Shown piece after piece: positions 40,194-51,367 of a stretch of DNA of 64,000 nucleotides (positions are counted from its first letter, which is position 1; each line of letters begins with the position of its first letter). A program made the position numbers and the translations under genes. The notes beneath the pieces were generated by a model, which was given only the letters and a program-made list of their open reading frames with translations, was not told the DNA's origin and did not search any database. The stretch is from Escherichia coli (GTDB lineage Bacteria > Pseudomonadota > Gammaproteobacteria > Enterobacterales > Enterobacteriaceae), in NCBI RefSeq assembly GCF_003334315.1, contig NZ_QOWR01000017.1; one strand, given 5' to 3'.

Positions 40194-42383
40194 TCAGAAT
40201 TGATACGTGCCGGTAATGCTGAAATTACGCGGTGTGCCGTAGACGATAGAACCTTCCACGTTGGTATCGTAGGTTTTGTCGAACAGGTTATTGACGTTCC
40301 CCTGTAACGAGAAGTTTTTCGTCACCTGGTAGCGGGTGAAGAGATCCACCAGCGCGTAGCTACCTTGCTCGGCGCGGAAGGTGCCATACGGCGTCACGGT
40401 GTCGGTATACACGCGATTTTGCCAGTTAACACCACCGCCGACCGTCAACTCTGGCATGACAGGCAACCGATAGCTGGTGAACATTTTAACCGTGGTGCGT
40501 GGCAGATTAGGATTAACGGCGTTTCCTTCGTTATCCTCTGCAATATAGCGCGTTGCGCCAAATGTCAGCTGCCAGTTGTCGGTAATTGCGCCGTTGAGTT
40601 CAAATTCCACCCCTTTACTGACTGTCCCATCCACCGCTTTATAGGCGGTTTCGCCGTTGCTGCCGGGGATAGGTGTACCGGTGGACTGAGCGACATTATC
40701 CTGCTCAATACGGAAGATGGCTAACGTGGTGGTCAGACGGCTATTCATCCAGTCCGATTTCAGACCCAGCTCGTAGTTGTTACCGGTGATTGGAGCCAGA
40801 TATTTGCCTGAACTGTCACGATCATTTTGCGGCTGGAAAATAGAGGTATAGCTGGCGTAGGTCGACCAGTTGTCATTGATGTCAAACACCAGACCAGCGT
40901 AAGGCGTGGTGTGGTTTTTCTCCATGCTGTAAGTCAGCGTATCAACCCGCCAGTTGGTATAACGTGCGCCGAGGATCAGATGCAGCGGATCGGCAAGGGT
41001 GACACGAGTGGCAGCATATAACGATTTCATATGTGTGGTATCGTCCTGCGCCAGGCTCTGTGGTGACCAGTCGGTTTGTGGGAAATTGCCATTAAAGTTG
41101 TAGAAACTGCCAATTTCATCCGGGAAGATGTTGGCCCATGAACTGAAGTAACGATTGTTTTGTTTGCTGTAACTGCCACCAAACATTAGATTGTGCTGAC
41201 GACCAAACAATTCATAACTACCGTCAGCGAACAAATCCAGCGCATCAACTTTACGTTTGCCACTGTTCCAACCGGTGCCGCCGACATAATCAAAGCCAGG
41301 TCCATAATTACTGTATGGCCCAACCAGCATACCATCCGCTTTGTTTACATAGGCATCGACATACATCATTTTGCTGTCAAATTCGACTTCAGAGTGGGTG
41401 GCATTCAGTGTCGCTTGCCAGGTATCAGCAAACTGCTGCTTCAGGGTCATAAAGACCTTGTTGATCTCTTTATCGTTGTACGCCCAGTCAGGTGCGGTAC
41501 TGCGTGCGCGATCGTAACTGTTGCTGCTGCCATCAGTATTCCAGCGCGGTAAACCGCCCCAGGTAGGGCTATTAACATCAATGCGCTGATATTCGTAACC
41601 GGCTGAAAGCGTCGTAAGATCGCCTAAATCAGCATCGACAATGCCCGAGAAGAAGGTCTTTTCACTGTTGTAGCGGTCCAGCCATGAGTCGTTATTCTGG
41701 TAGCCGCCGACAATTCGCGCGCGGATTTTACCGTCTTCGGTGAGTGGGCTTTGTAAATCCGCCACATACCGTTCTTTGTTCCAGCTACCGTATTCCGCCG
41801 AGACATCGCCTTTAAATTCACGACTGGTCGCGTGTTTTCGAACCATATTAATTGCCGCAGATGGATTACCCGTCCCGGTCATGAGTCCTGTCGCGCCACG
41901 CACTACTTCTACGCGTTCAAAGAGTGCCATATCAGAAAGTGCGTCGCCCAGATTCCAGCGCGATTCAAAATAGGTGGGGATACCATCAACCATATAGTTA
42001 TCGATCTGGAATCCGCGGGAATAATAAAGAGCACGATCGGAATCCGCCTGACTTTTGCTGATCCCCAGCGTGTTTTCCATCACTTCGCCCAGCGTTTGTA
42101 ACTGCTGATCTTCCATCCGCTGCTGGCTAACAATAGTGACCGACTGAGGAATATCACGTTGAGTCATCTGCATTTTGGTACCCGCAGAGGTAGACGTTAC
42201 GCTGTAATCATTTTCGCCATCATCTGGAGCTGTGGCTGAACCCTCAACAATCACCGTTTCTTCAGTGGCTGGTGCAGCAAAAGCGGCAGAAGGTAATAGT
42301 GCCAGTGCTATGCAACCGGCAAGTAGTGACGGTTTGGTGATGGCTTGATATTGATTATCCCTGTTAAATTGTGTTGAAAGCAT
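40194..42383 (-). CDS. fhuE: TonB-dependent ferric coprogen / rhodotorulic acid receptor
   Basis: 729-aa ORF with signal peptide and C-terminal aromatic residue (ends YQF). Confidence 0.94.
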   Translation of the reverse strand: MLSTQFNRDNQYQAITKPSLLAGCIALALLPSAAFAAPATEETVIVEGSATAPDDGENDYSVTSTSAGTKMQMTQRDIPQSVTIVSQQRMEDQQLQTLGEVMENTLGISKSQADSDRALYYSRGFQIDNYMVDGIPTYFESRWNLGDALSDMALFERVEVVRGATGLMTGTGNPSAAINMVRKHATSREFKGDVSAEYGSWNKERYVADLQSPLTEDGKIRARIVGGYQNNDSWLDRYNSEKTFFSGIVDADLGDLTTLSAGYEYQRIDVNSPTWGGLPRWNTDGSSNSYDRARSTAPDWAYNDKEINKVFMTLKQQFADTWQATLNATHSEVEFDSKMMYVDAYVNKADGMLVGPYSNYGPGFDYVGGTGWNSGKRKVDALDLFADGSYELFGRQHNLMFGGSYSKQNNRYFSSWANIFPDEIGSFYNFNGNFPQTDWSPQSLAQDDTTHMKSLYAATRVTLADPLHLILGARYTNWRVDTLTYSMEKNHTTPYAGLVFDINDNWSTYASYTSIFQPQNDRDSSGKYLAPITGNNYELGLKSDWMNSRLTTTLAIFRIEQDNVAQSTGTPIPGSNGETAYKAVDGTVSKGVEFELNGAITDNWQLTFGATRYIAEDNEGNAVNPNLPRTTVKMFTSYRLPVMPELTVGGGVNWQNRVYTDTVTPYGTFRAEQGSYALVDLFTRYQVTKNFSLQGNVNNLFDKTYDTNVEGSIVYGTPRNFSITGTYQF

Positions 42384-42439
42384 TTGAAATCTCTTGGTTT
42401 ATGTTGTCGTCAGGCTCATGCCGGAGGAGGGTGATGAGC

Positions 42440-42500
42440 GATTATATTTAGTGTGCGAATAATTTTGTTTGTAAATGCAAATGAGAAATATACGCATTCA
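42440..42500 (-). promoter_or_regulatory. candidate Fur-regulated promoter region of fhuE
   Basis: AT-rich region upstream of fhuE with partial matches to GATAATGATAATCATTATC; not precisely delineated. Confidence 0.3.
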
Positions 42501-42716
42501 TATTTGTCATGTAAACCAAACAGAGAATGTCTTTTCAGCGCATTCGCAGGCAGAAATGGGAATAATGGCGATATATACGGCAGCAAAACGATTTTTTGCT
42601 TAAGAAATCGTGAGTTAAGGTTGAAAGAGCAGGTTTAACTCGACCATACTCTATACTCGCAGTGTGGCGCGGCGTAGCATGGCGCAACGCATGGCTATTT
42701 GAAAAAGGAAAATGTC

Positions 42717-43076
42717 GTGGCAGAAGAAACTATATTCAGCAAAATTATTCGTCGTGAGATCCCCTCCGATATCGTCTACCAGGATGATCTGGTAACGGCG
42801 TTTCGCGATATTTCGCCGCAAGCGCCAACGCATATTCTGATCATTCCGAATATCCTCATTCCGACTGTGAACGACGTCTCAGCTGAGCATGAGCAGGCGC
42901 TGGGACGCATGATCACCGTAGCGGCAAAAATTGCTGAGCAAGAAGGTATTGCCGAAGATGGCTATCGTCTGATCATGAATACCAACCGCCATGGCGGACA
43001 AGAGGTTTACCACATCCATATGCACTTGTTGGGTGGCCGTCCGCTGGGACCAATGCTGGCGCATAAAGGTCTGTAA
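42717..43076 (+). CDS. hinT: purine nucleoside phosphoramidase (HIT family)
   Basis: 119 aa from GTG 42717 ([16 protein letters not shown]...), histidine-triad motif HIHMHLL. Confidence 0.9.
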   Translation: MAEETIFSKIIRREIPSDIVYQDDLVTAFRDISPQAPTHILIIPNILIPTVNDVSAEHEQALGRMITVAAKIAEQEGIAEDGYRLIMNTNRHGGQEVYHIHMHLLGGRPLGPMLAHKGL

Positions 43077-43078
43077 CG

Positions 43079-43456
43079 ATGAGAAAAGGATGCTTTGGGC
43101 TGGTGTCTCTGGTGTTGTTACTGCTGGTGGGCTGTCGTTCACATCCGGAAATTCCGGTGAATGATGAGCAATCGCTGGTGATGGAGTCATCTTTATTGGC
43201 TGCGGGCATCAGTGCAGAAAAGCCCTTCCTTTCGACGTCTGATATTCAACCTTCAGCATCCTCAACGCTTTATAACGAAAGGCAAGAACCCGTTACCGTT
43301 CATTATCGTTTTTACTGGTATGACGCCAGAGGGCTGGAGATGCATCCTCTGGAAAGGCCACGCAGCGTTACCATTCCCGCACATTCGGCGGTAACGCTGT
43401 ACGGCAGCGCCAATTTTCTGGGGGCGCACAAAGTCAGACTTTATCTATATTTGTAA
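43079..43456 (+). CDS. ycfL: lipoprotein YcfL (DUF1425)
   Basis: 125-aa ORF with lipobox LLVGC. Confidence 0.85.
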   Translation: MRKGCFGLVSLVLLLLVGCRSHPEIPVNDEQSLVMESSLLAAGISAEKPFLSTSDIQPSASSTLYNERQEPVTVHYRFYWYDARGLEMHPLERPRSVTIPAHSAVTLYGSANFLGAHKVRLYLYL

Positions 43457-43469
43457 GGGGTGAATCTTG

Positions 43470-44091
43470 ATGACAAAAATGAGTCGCTACGCCTTGATTA
43501 CCGCGCTGGCGATGTTTCTCGCCGGGTGTGTGGGGCAACGTGAACCTGCACCGGTAGAAGAAGTGAAACCAGCGCCGGAACAACCAGCCGAGCCACAACA
43601 GCCTGTCCCCACAGTGCCCTCGGTGCCGACGATCCCGCAGCAGCCAGGCCCAATTGAGCACGAAGATCAAACTGCACCGCCTGCGCCGCATATTCGCCAT
43701 TATGACTGGAATGGCGCAATGCAGCCGATGGTCAGTAAGATGCTTGGGGCTGACGGGGTGACTGCGGGTAGCGTCCTGCTGGTTGATAGCGTTAACAACC
43801 GTACTAACGGTTCGCTGAATGCCGCAGAAGCGACCGAAACGCTGCGAAATGCGCTGGCTAATAACGGGAAATTTACCCTGGTTTCCGCCCAGCAACTGTC
43901 GATGGCGAAGCAACAGTTAGGTTTGTCGCCGCAGGACAGTTTAGGCACCCGTAGTAAAGCCATAGGCATTGCCCGCAATGTCGGCGCTCATTACGTGCTG
44001 TACTCCAGCGCCTCTGGCAACGTTAACGCTCCGACCCTACAAATGCAGCTGATGCTGGTGCAGACGGGCGAAATTATCTGGTCAGGTAAAG

Positions 44092-44111
<20 letters not shown>
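43470..44111 (+). CDS. lpoB: penicillin-binding protein 1B activator LpoB
   Basis: 213 aa from ATG 43470; lipobox LAGC followed by Pro-rich linker. Confidence 0.88.
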
Positions 44112-45952
<1,841 letters not shown>

Positions 45953-45974
45953 CCCTGGCTTATGTGAGGAAGCG

Positions 45975-46517
45975 ATGATTATCTATTTACACGGTTTTGA
46001 CTCTAACAGTCCGGGTAACCACGAGAAAGTCTTACAATTGCAGTTTATTGACCCGGATGTACGCTTGATAAGCTACAGTACGCGGCATCCGAAACATGAT
46101 ATGCAGCATCTGCTTAAAGAAGTGGACAAAATGTTGCAACTGAACGTTGACGAGCGTCCGCTAATTTGCGGCGTTGGCTTGGGCGGATACTGGGCGGAAC
46201 GGATTGGTTTTCTTTGCGACATCCGCCAGGTGATCTTCAACCCTAATTTGTTCCCTTATGAGAACATGGAAGGCAAGATTGATCGCCCGGAAGAGTATGC
46301 CGATATTGCCACTAAGTGTGTGACCAACTTCCGTGAGAAGAATCGCGATCGTTGCCTGGTGATTTTGTCGCGTAATGATGAAGCGCTTAACAGCCAGCGG
46401 ACATCTGAAGAGTTGCATCATTATTACGAGATTGTCTGGGACGAAGAGCAGACGCACAAATTCAAGAATATCTCCCCGCATTTACAGCGCATTAAAGCGT
46501 TCAAAACCCTCGGGTAA
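45975..46517 (+). CDS. ycfP: UPF0227 esterase-like protein YcfP
   Basis: ORF 45918..46517 trimmed to [18 protein letters not shown] (180 aa). Confidence 0.85.
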
Positions 46518-46528
46518 ATGCCCTCGTC

Positions 46529-46645
46529 GCATCAGGTAACCTTGCCGGTACCTGATGCGCTCCGAATTCTGTGGGTCGGATAAGGCGTCCACGCCGCATC
46601 CGACAGTCGAGCATCAATGCCTGATGCGCTTCTTATCAGGCCTAC
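46529..46645. repeat. REP/BIME cluster (ycfP-ndh spacer)
   Basis: Three palindromic units: gcatcaggtaaccttgccggtacctgatgc, gtcggataaggcgtccacgccgcatccgac, gcctgatgcgcttcttatcaggc. Confidence 0.75.
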
Positions 46646-46916
46646 CGAACGCCCTGCATACACCCCTCACTCTATATCACTCTCACAAATTCGCTCAAAT
46701 AATAAACAATAAACTCTGTTTTTTGATCTCACCCGGTAAAGTCGCCTATCTTTTCAGCAACAAAACTTGATTAACATCAATTTTGGTATGACCAATGCAC
46801 CATTCATGTTATTCTCAATAGCGAAGAACATTTTCATTGCTGTAACCTGTTGTTAATTAAGAGCTATGTTAATAACCATTAATTAACAATTGGTTAATAA
46901 ATTTAAGGGGGTCACG

Positions 46917-48221
46917 TTGACTACGCCATTGAAAAAGATTGTGATTGTCGGCGGCGGTGCTGGTGGGCTGGAAATGGCAACACAGCTGGGGCATAAGCTG
47001 GGACGCAAGAAAAAAGCCAAAATTACGCTGGTCGATCGTAACCACAGCCACCTGTGGAAACCGCTGCTGCACGAAGTGGCGACTGGCTCGCTTGATGAAG
47101 GCGTCGATGCGTTGAGCTATCTGGCCCATGCGCGCAATCATGGTTTCCAGTTCCAGCTGGGTTCCGTCATTGATATTGATCGTGAAGCGAAAACAATCAC
47201 TATTGCAGAACTGCGCGACGAGAAAGGTGAACTGCTGGTTCCGGAACGTAAAATCGCCTATGACACCCTGGTAATGGCGCTGGGTAGCACCTCTAACGAT
47301 TTCAATACGCCAGGTGTCAAAGAGAACTGCATTTTCCTCGATAACCCGCACCAGGCGCGTCGCTTCCACCAGGAGATGCTGAATTTGTTCCTGAAATACT
47401 CCGCCAACCTGGGCGCGAATGGCAAAGTGAACATTGCGATTGTCGGCGGCGGCGCGACGGGTGTAGAACTCTCCGCTGAATTGCACAACGCGGTCAAGCA
47501 ACTGCACAGCTACGGTTACAAAGGCCTGACCAACGAAGCCCTGAACGTAACGCTGGTAGAAGCGGGAGAACGTATTTTGCCTGCGTTACCGCCACGTATC
47601 TCTGCTGCGGCCCACAACGAGCTAACGAAACTTGGCGTTCGCGTGCTGACGCAAACCATGGTCACCAGTGCTGATGAAGGCGGCCTGCACACTAAAGATG
47701 GCGAATATATTGAGGCTGATCTGATGGTATGGGCAGCCGGGATCAAAGCGCCAGACTTCCTGAAAGATATCGGTGGTCTTGAAACTAACCGTATCAACCA
47801 GCTGGTGGTGGAACCGACGCTGCAAACCACCCGCGATCCAGACATTTACGCTATTGGCGACTGCGCGTCATGCCCGCGTCCGGAAGGGGGCTTTGTTCCG
47901 CCGCGTGCTCAGGCTGCACACCAGATGGCGACTTGCGCAATGAACAACATTCTGGCGCAGATGAACGGTAAGCCGCTGAAAAATTATCAGTATAAAGATC
48001 ATGGTTCGCTGGTATCGCTGTCGAACTTCTCCACCGTCGGTAGCCTGATGGGTAACCTGACGCGCGGCTCAATGATGATTGAAGGACGAATTGCGCGCTT
48101 TGTATATATCTCGCTATACCGAATGCATCAGATTGCGCTGCATGGTTACTTTAAAACCGGATTAATGATGCTGGTGGGGAGTATTAACCGCGTTATCCGT
48201 CCGCGTTTGAAGTTGCATTAA
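46917..48221 (+). CDS. ndh: NADH dehydrogenase II (NDH-2)
   Basis: 434 aa from TTG 46917 ([17 protein letters not shown], Rossmann fold) with SD aagggg 7 nt upstream; no in-frame ATG available upstream. Confidence 0.9.
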
Positions 48222-48234
48222 TCGACGTACACTG

Positions 48235-48320
48235 GCGGATGTGGCATAAACGCCTCATCCGCCCTGGACAAATGGTACGAGCGGTAGGCCTGATAAGACG
48301 CGTTAAGCGTCGCATCAGGC
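48235..48320. repeat. REP-like palindromic elements (ndh-ycfJ spacer)
   Basis: ggcggatgtggcataaacgcctcatccgcc and gcctgataagacgcgttaagcgtcgcatcaggc. Confidence 0.65.
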
Positions 48321-48447
48321 ATTCCTTCAGACTCCTCCGAATCATTAAGTATTTCCAGCCATTCCCGCGCTTTTCATCTTCTGTCTGATAGCTGCTTTTC
48401 TCCTTCGCTTGCATGATTGGCATAACTGCAAAGAAGGAGGTGTTCCC

Positions 48448-48987
48448 GTGAATAAATCAATGTTGGCGGGTATCGGGATTGGTGTCGCAGCTGCGCTGGG
48501 CGTAGCGGCAGTGGCCAGTCTGAACGTGTTTGAACGGGGCCCGCAATACGCTCAGGTTGTTTCTGCAACCCCAATCAAGGAAACGGTTAAAACACCGCGT
48601 CAGGAGTGTCGCAACGTCACAGTGACCCATCGTCGACCGGTGCAGGATGAAAATCGCATTACCGGGTCGGTGCTCGGCGCTGTTGCTGGCGGCGTGATAG
48701 GGCATCAGTTTGGTGGTGGTCGCGGTAAAGATGTCGCCACTGTTGTGGGGGCGCTGGGTGGTGGATATGCCGGTAACCAGATCCAGGGCTCTCTCCAGGA
48801 AAGCGATACTTACACGACTACGCAACAGCGTTGTAAAACGGTGTATGACAAGTCAGAAAAAATGCTCGGTTATGATGTGACCTATAAGATTGGCGATCAG
48901 CAGGGCAAAATCCGCATGGACCGCGATCCGGGTACGCAGATCCCGCTAGATAGCAACGGGCAACTGATTTTGAATAACAAAGTATAA
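48448..48987 (+). CDS. ycfJ: glycine-zipper membrane protein YcfJ
   Basis: 179 aa from GTG 48448 with SD aggagg at 48435-48440. Confidence 0.85.
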   Translation: MNKSMLAGIGIGVAAALGVAAVASLNVFERGPQYAQVVSATPIKETVKTPRQECRNVTVTHRRPVQDENRITGSVLGAVAGGVIGHQFGGGRGKDVATVVGALGGGYAGNQIQGSLQESDTYTTTQQRCKTVYDKSEKMLGYDVTYKIGDQQGKIRMDRDPGTQIPLDSNGQLILNNKV

Positions 48988-49009
48988 CAAGGCTGTACTC
49001 TGCAATTTG

Positions 49010-49043
49010 GCCCCTCATTCGCTCAGGCTGAGGGGCTTTTTTT
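49010..49043 (+). terminator. rho-independent terminator downstream of ycfJ
   Basis: Stem gcccctca/tgaggggc followed by TTTTTTT. Confidence 0.6.
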
Positions 49044-49048
49044 GCGAC

Positions 49049-49681
49049 TTATTTCACCAGTTCGGGCCATAAACGCAAAGTCGTTCCGGCAATCTGCATC
49101 AGTTTTTCCAGCGATGCACCTTCGCGTGCGCTGATCGACATCCCCTGAATAATACAATTAAGGAATTCTGCCAGATGTGTCACGTCACAGTGGGGCGGGA
49201 TTTCCCCGCGCGCTTGTCGTTGACATAAAAACTGCTGCAAAGTGCGCTCTTGCATCGCATGGCGTGATTTCAACGTATTGGCGATATCTCCTGAATCTGG
49301 GGAGAGGGTGGTGCAGTTGTTGATCATGAAGCAGCCTGCCGGGGTGTCTTTGCTGGTAAAGCAGTTGGCGATGGCAGCAAAATAGTCAGCCAGCGCAGAC
49401 TCCACGCTTTTCTCTTCACAAAACAGCTGTGCTTCATGCTTAGCGGCAAAACGATCGATATAGCGGTCGAGAACGGCACGAAATAACCCCTCTTTGTTGG
49501 TAAATTCCGCGTATAGCGTGGGCGCTTTGGCTCCGGTCGCTTCGACGAGGTCCGCAAGAGAAGTCGCTTCATAACCGTGTTGCCAGAACAATTTCATGGC
49601 CTTATCAAGCGCGGCATCCCTGTCGAACACTTTTGGGCGGCCACGGCTTTTTTTTACACATTGTGTTGAGTCAGTTGCCAT
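49049..49681 (-). CDS. comR: TetR-family transcriptional repressor ComR (YcfQ)
   Basis: ORF 49049..49759 trimmed to MATDSTQCVKKSRGRPKVFD (210 aa); N-terminal TetR HTH. Confidence 0.85.
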   Translation of the reverse strand: MATDSTQCVKKSRGRPKVFDRDAALDKAMKLFWQHGYEATSLADLVEATGAKAPTLYAEFTNKEGLFRAVLDRYIDRFAAKHEAQLFCEEKSVESALADYFAAIANCFTSKDTPAGCFMINNCTTLSPDSGDIANTLKSRHAMQERTLQQFLCQRQARGEIPPHCDVTHLAEFLNCIIQGMSISAREGASLEKLMQIAGTTLRLWPELVK

Positions 49682-49837
49682 GATGCCGTTGTACCTGGTG
49701 ACTGTGAATGAAAGGTTATTATAAAAATAATCACCTCCGTTCACCAGTCCAGATCCCATAAAAATAATTGCTTTCTATTTAACTGAAATTTAAAGATTTT
49801 TAAATTAATTAATGATTGTTATAAAAAATATCTTGTA

Positions 49838-49853
49838 TGTGATCCAGATCACA
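49838..49853 (+). promoter_or_regulatory. perfect CRP-type palindrome upstream of bhsA
   Basis: TGTGA-TCCAGA-TCACA read directly; sits 69 bp upstream of the bhsA ATG. Confidence 0.5.
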
Positions 49854-49921
49854 TCTATCATTTAGTTATCGATCGTTAAGTAATTGCTTACGACGTCATT
49901 CATCTGCATAAGGCCACTATT

Positions 49922-50179
49922 ATGAAAAACGTAAAAACCCTCATCGCTGCGGCGATTTTAAGCTCCATGTCATTTGCCAGCTTTGCGGCTGTCGAAGTTC
50001 AGTCAACGCCAGAAGGCCAACAAAAAGTCGGTACAATCAGTGCTAACGCGGGGACAAATCTGGGATCGCTGGAAGAGCAGCTGGCGCAAAAAGCGGATGA
50101 GATGGGCGCAAAATCTTTCCGTATTACTTCTGTAACCGGTCCGAATACCCTCCATGGAACAGCAGTAATTTATAAATAA
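49922..50179 (+). CDS. bhsA: multiple stress resistance protein BhsA (YcfR)
   Basis: 85-aa ORF with signal peptide. Confidence 0.9.
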   Translation: MKNVKTLIAAAILSSMSFASFAAVEVQSTPEGQQKVGTISANAGTNLGSLEEQLAQKADEMGAKSFRITSVTGPNTLHGTAVIYK

Positions 50180-50218
50180 GCATTAACCCTCATTAATGCC
50201 TGCTACTGCTGATTTTTT

Positions 50219-50252
50219 CCCCGCGACATGCCGTGTCGCGGGGATTTTTTTT
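50219..50252 (+). terminator. rho-independent terminator downstream of bhsA
   Basis: 10-bp stem ccccgcgaca/tgtcgcgggg followed by TTTTTTTT. Confidence 0.7.
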
Positions 50253-50261
50253 ATCCAGGAT

Positions 50262-51227
50262 TTACAGAGTTTGTGGGCTCACTTGATGACGGCGGACATC
50301 CACCGGCATCCCGGAACGGACATCCATCACATGTTGCATCACTTCAGCGTCAGTTTGTGCTGCATCTTTAAATGATTGCATTGCGCTATTCAGCGTAATT
50401 GGCAGCAGCTGCGGATCGTCATCAATCTTCTCTGACAGCGGCTGATGTACTTCAACCAGACGCGCACCGTTTGGTTCGGCAGAGACTTTTATCGGAGTGT
50501 TGATGATATTCACTTTGGTGCCTGGGGTGACCTGGCTAAAGAGTGTTTTGATATCGTCATCCCGCAGACGAATACAGCCAGAACTTACCCGCATGCCAAT
50601 GCCAAAATCGGCGTTCGTACCATGAAGCAAATAAACGCCGCCATAGGCCGCCAGACGAATCGCATGATGGCCCATTGGGTTATCCGGTCCAGCCGGCACT
50701 ACCGCAGGCAACTCAATTCCCTGTGCTTTATAACGGGCGCGGATGTTTGCCGTTGGCGTCCAGGTTGGGTTTGCACGTTTGTCTGAAACGGTGGTCACCA
50801 TTGTCGGTGTCAGCGTGTCACCACCTAACTGACCAATACCTATTGGATACACGGTTACCGAATTTTTACCCGGCGGGTAGTAATAGAGACGCAGCTCCGC
50901 AATGTTGATCACAATGCCTTCGCGCGGCGCGTCTGGAAGTAGGGTTTGCAACGGGATCGTTAACACGCTGCCCGCGCGCGGTACGTAAGGATCAACGCCG
51001 GGGTTAGCCTGTAACAGAGCGAGAAAGCCGACGTTATATTTTTTGGCGATGGCTTCCAGAGAACCACCGTCATTTTCCACCACATGAAATTTGTTTTCGC
51101 CAACCAGACGACTGCCCGCTGGCGGCAGCGGCCAGGTGTTGGCTTTTGCCGGTAGCGCCAGCGCCACGGCAGCGGCGAACGTAAAAAACGTTAGCCAGCG
51201 AGAAAAACGCGTTTTGATCATCACCAA
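50262..51227 (-). CDS. ldtC: L,D-transpeptidase LdtC (YcfS)
   Basis: 321-aa ORF with signal peptide; exact start among MVM uncertain. Confidence 0.88.
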   Translation of the reverse strand: MVMIKTRFSRWLTFFTFAAAVALALPAKANTWPLPPAGSRLVGENKFHVVENDGGSLEAIAKKYNVGFLALLQANPGVDPYVPRAGSVLTIPLQTLLPDAPREGIVINIAELRLYYYPPGKNSVTVYPIGIGQLGGDTLTPTMVTTVSDKRANPTWTPTANIRARYKAQGIELPAVVPAGPDNPMGHHAIRLAAYGGVYLLHGTNADFGIGMRVSSGCIRLRDDDIKTLFSQVTPGTKVNIINTPIKVSAEPNGARLVEVHQPLSEKIDDDPQLLPITLNSAMQSFKDAAQTDAEVMQHVMDVRSGMPVDVRRHQVSPQTL

Positions 51228-51367
51228 AAATCCATAATAAATATAAGGTTATTGTAATAAACAGATAAGCCTGAATTATGGATGGTGACAGTGTCGGATA
51301 GTGCAGGGAAGTGCAAAGAATTTGTAAATGTTGCAGATGGGGGCGCAGAAACGCCCCCGATTTACCA

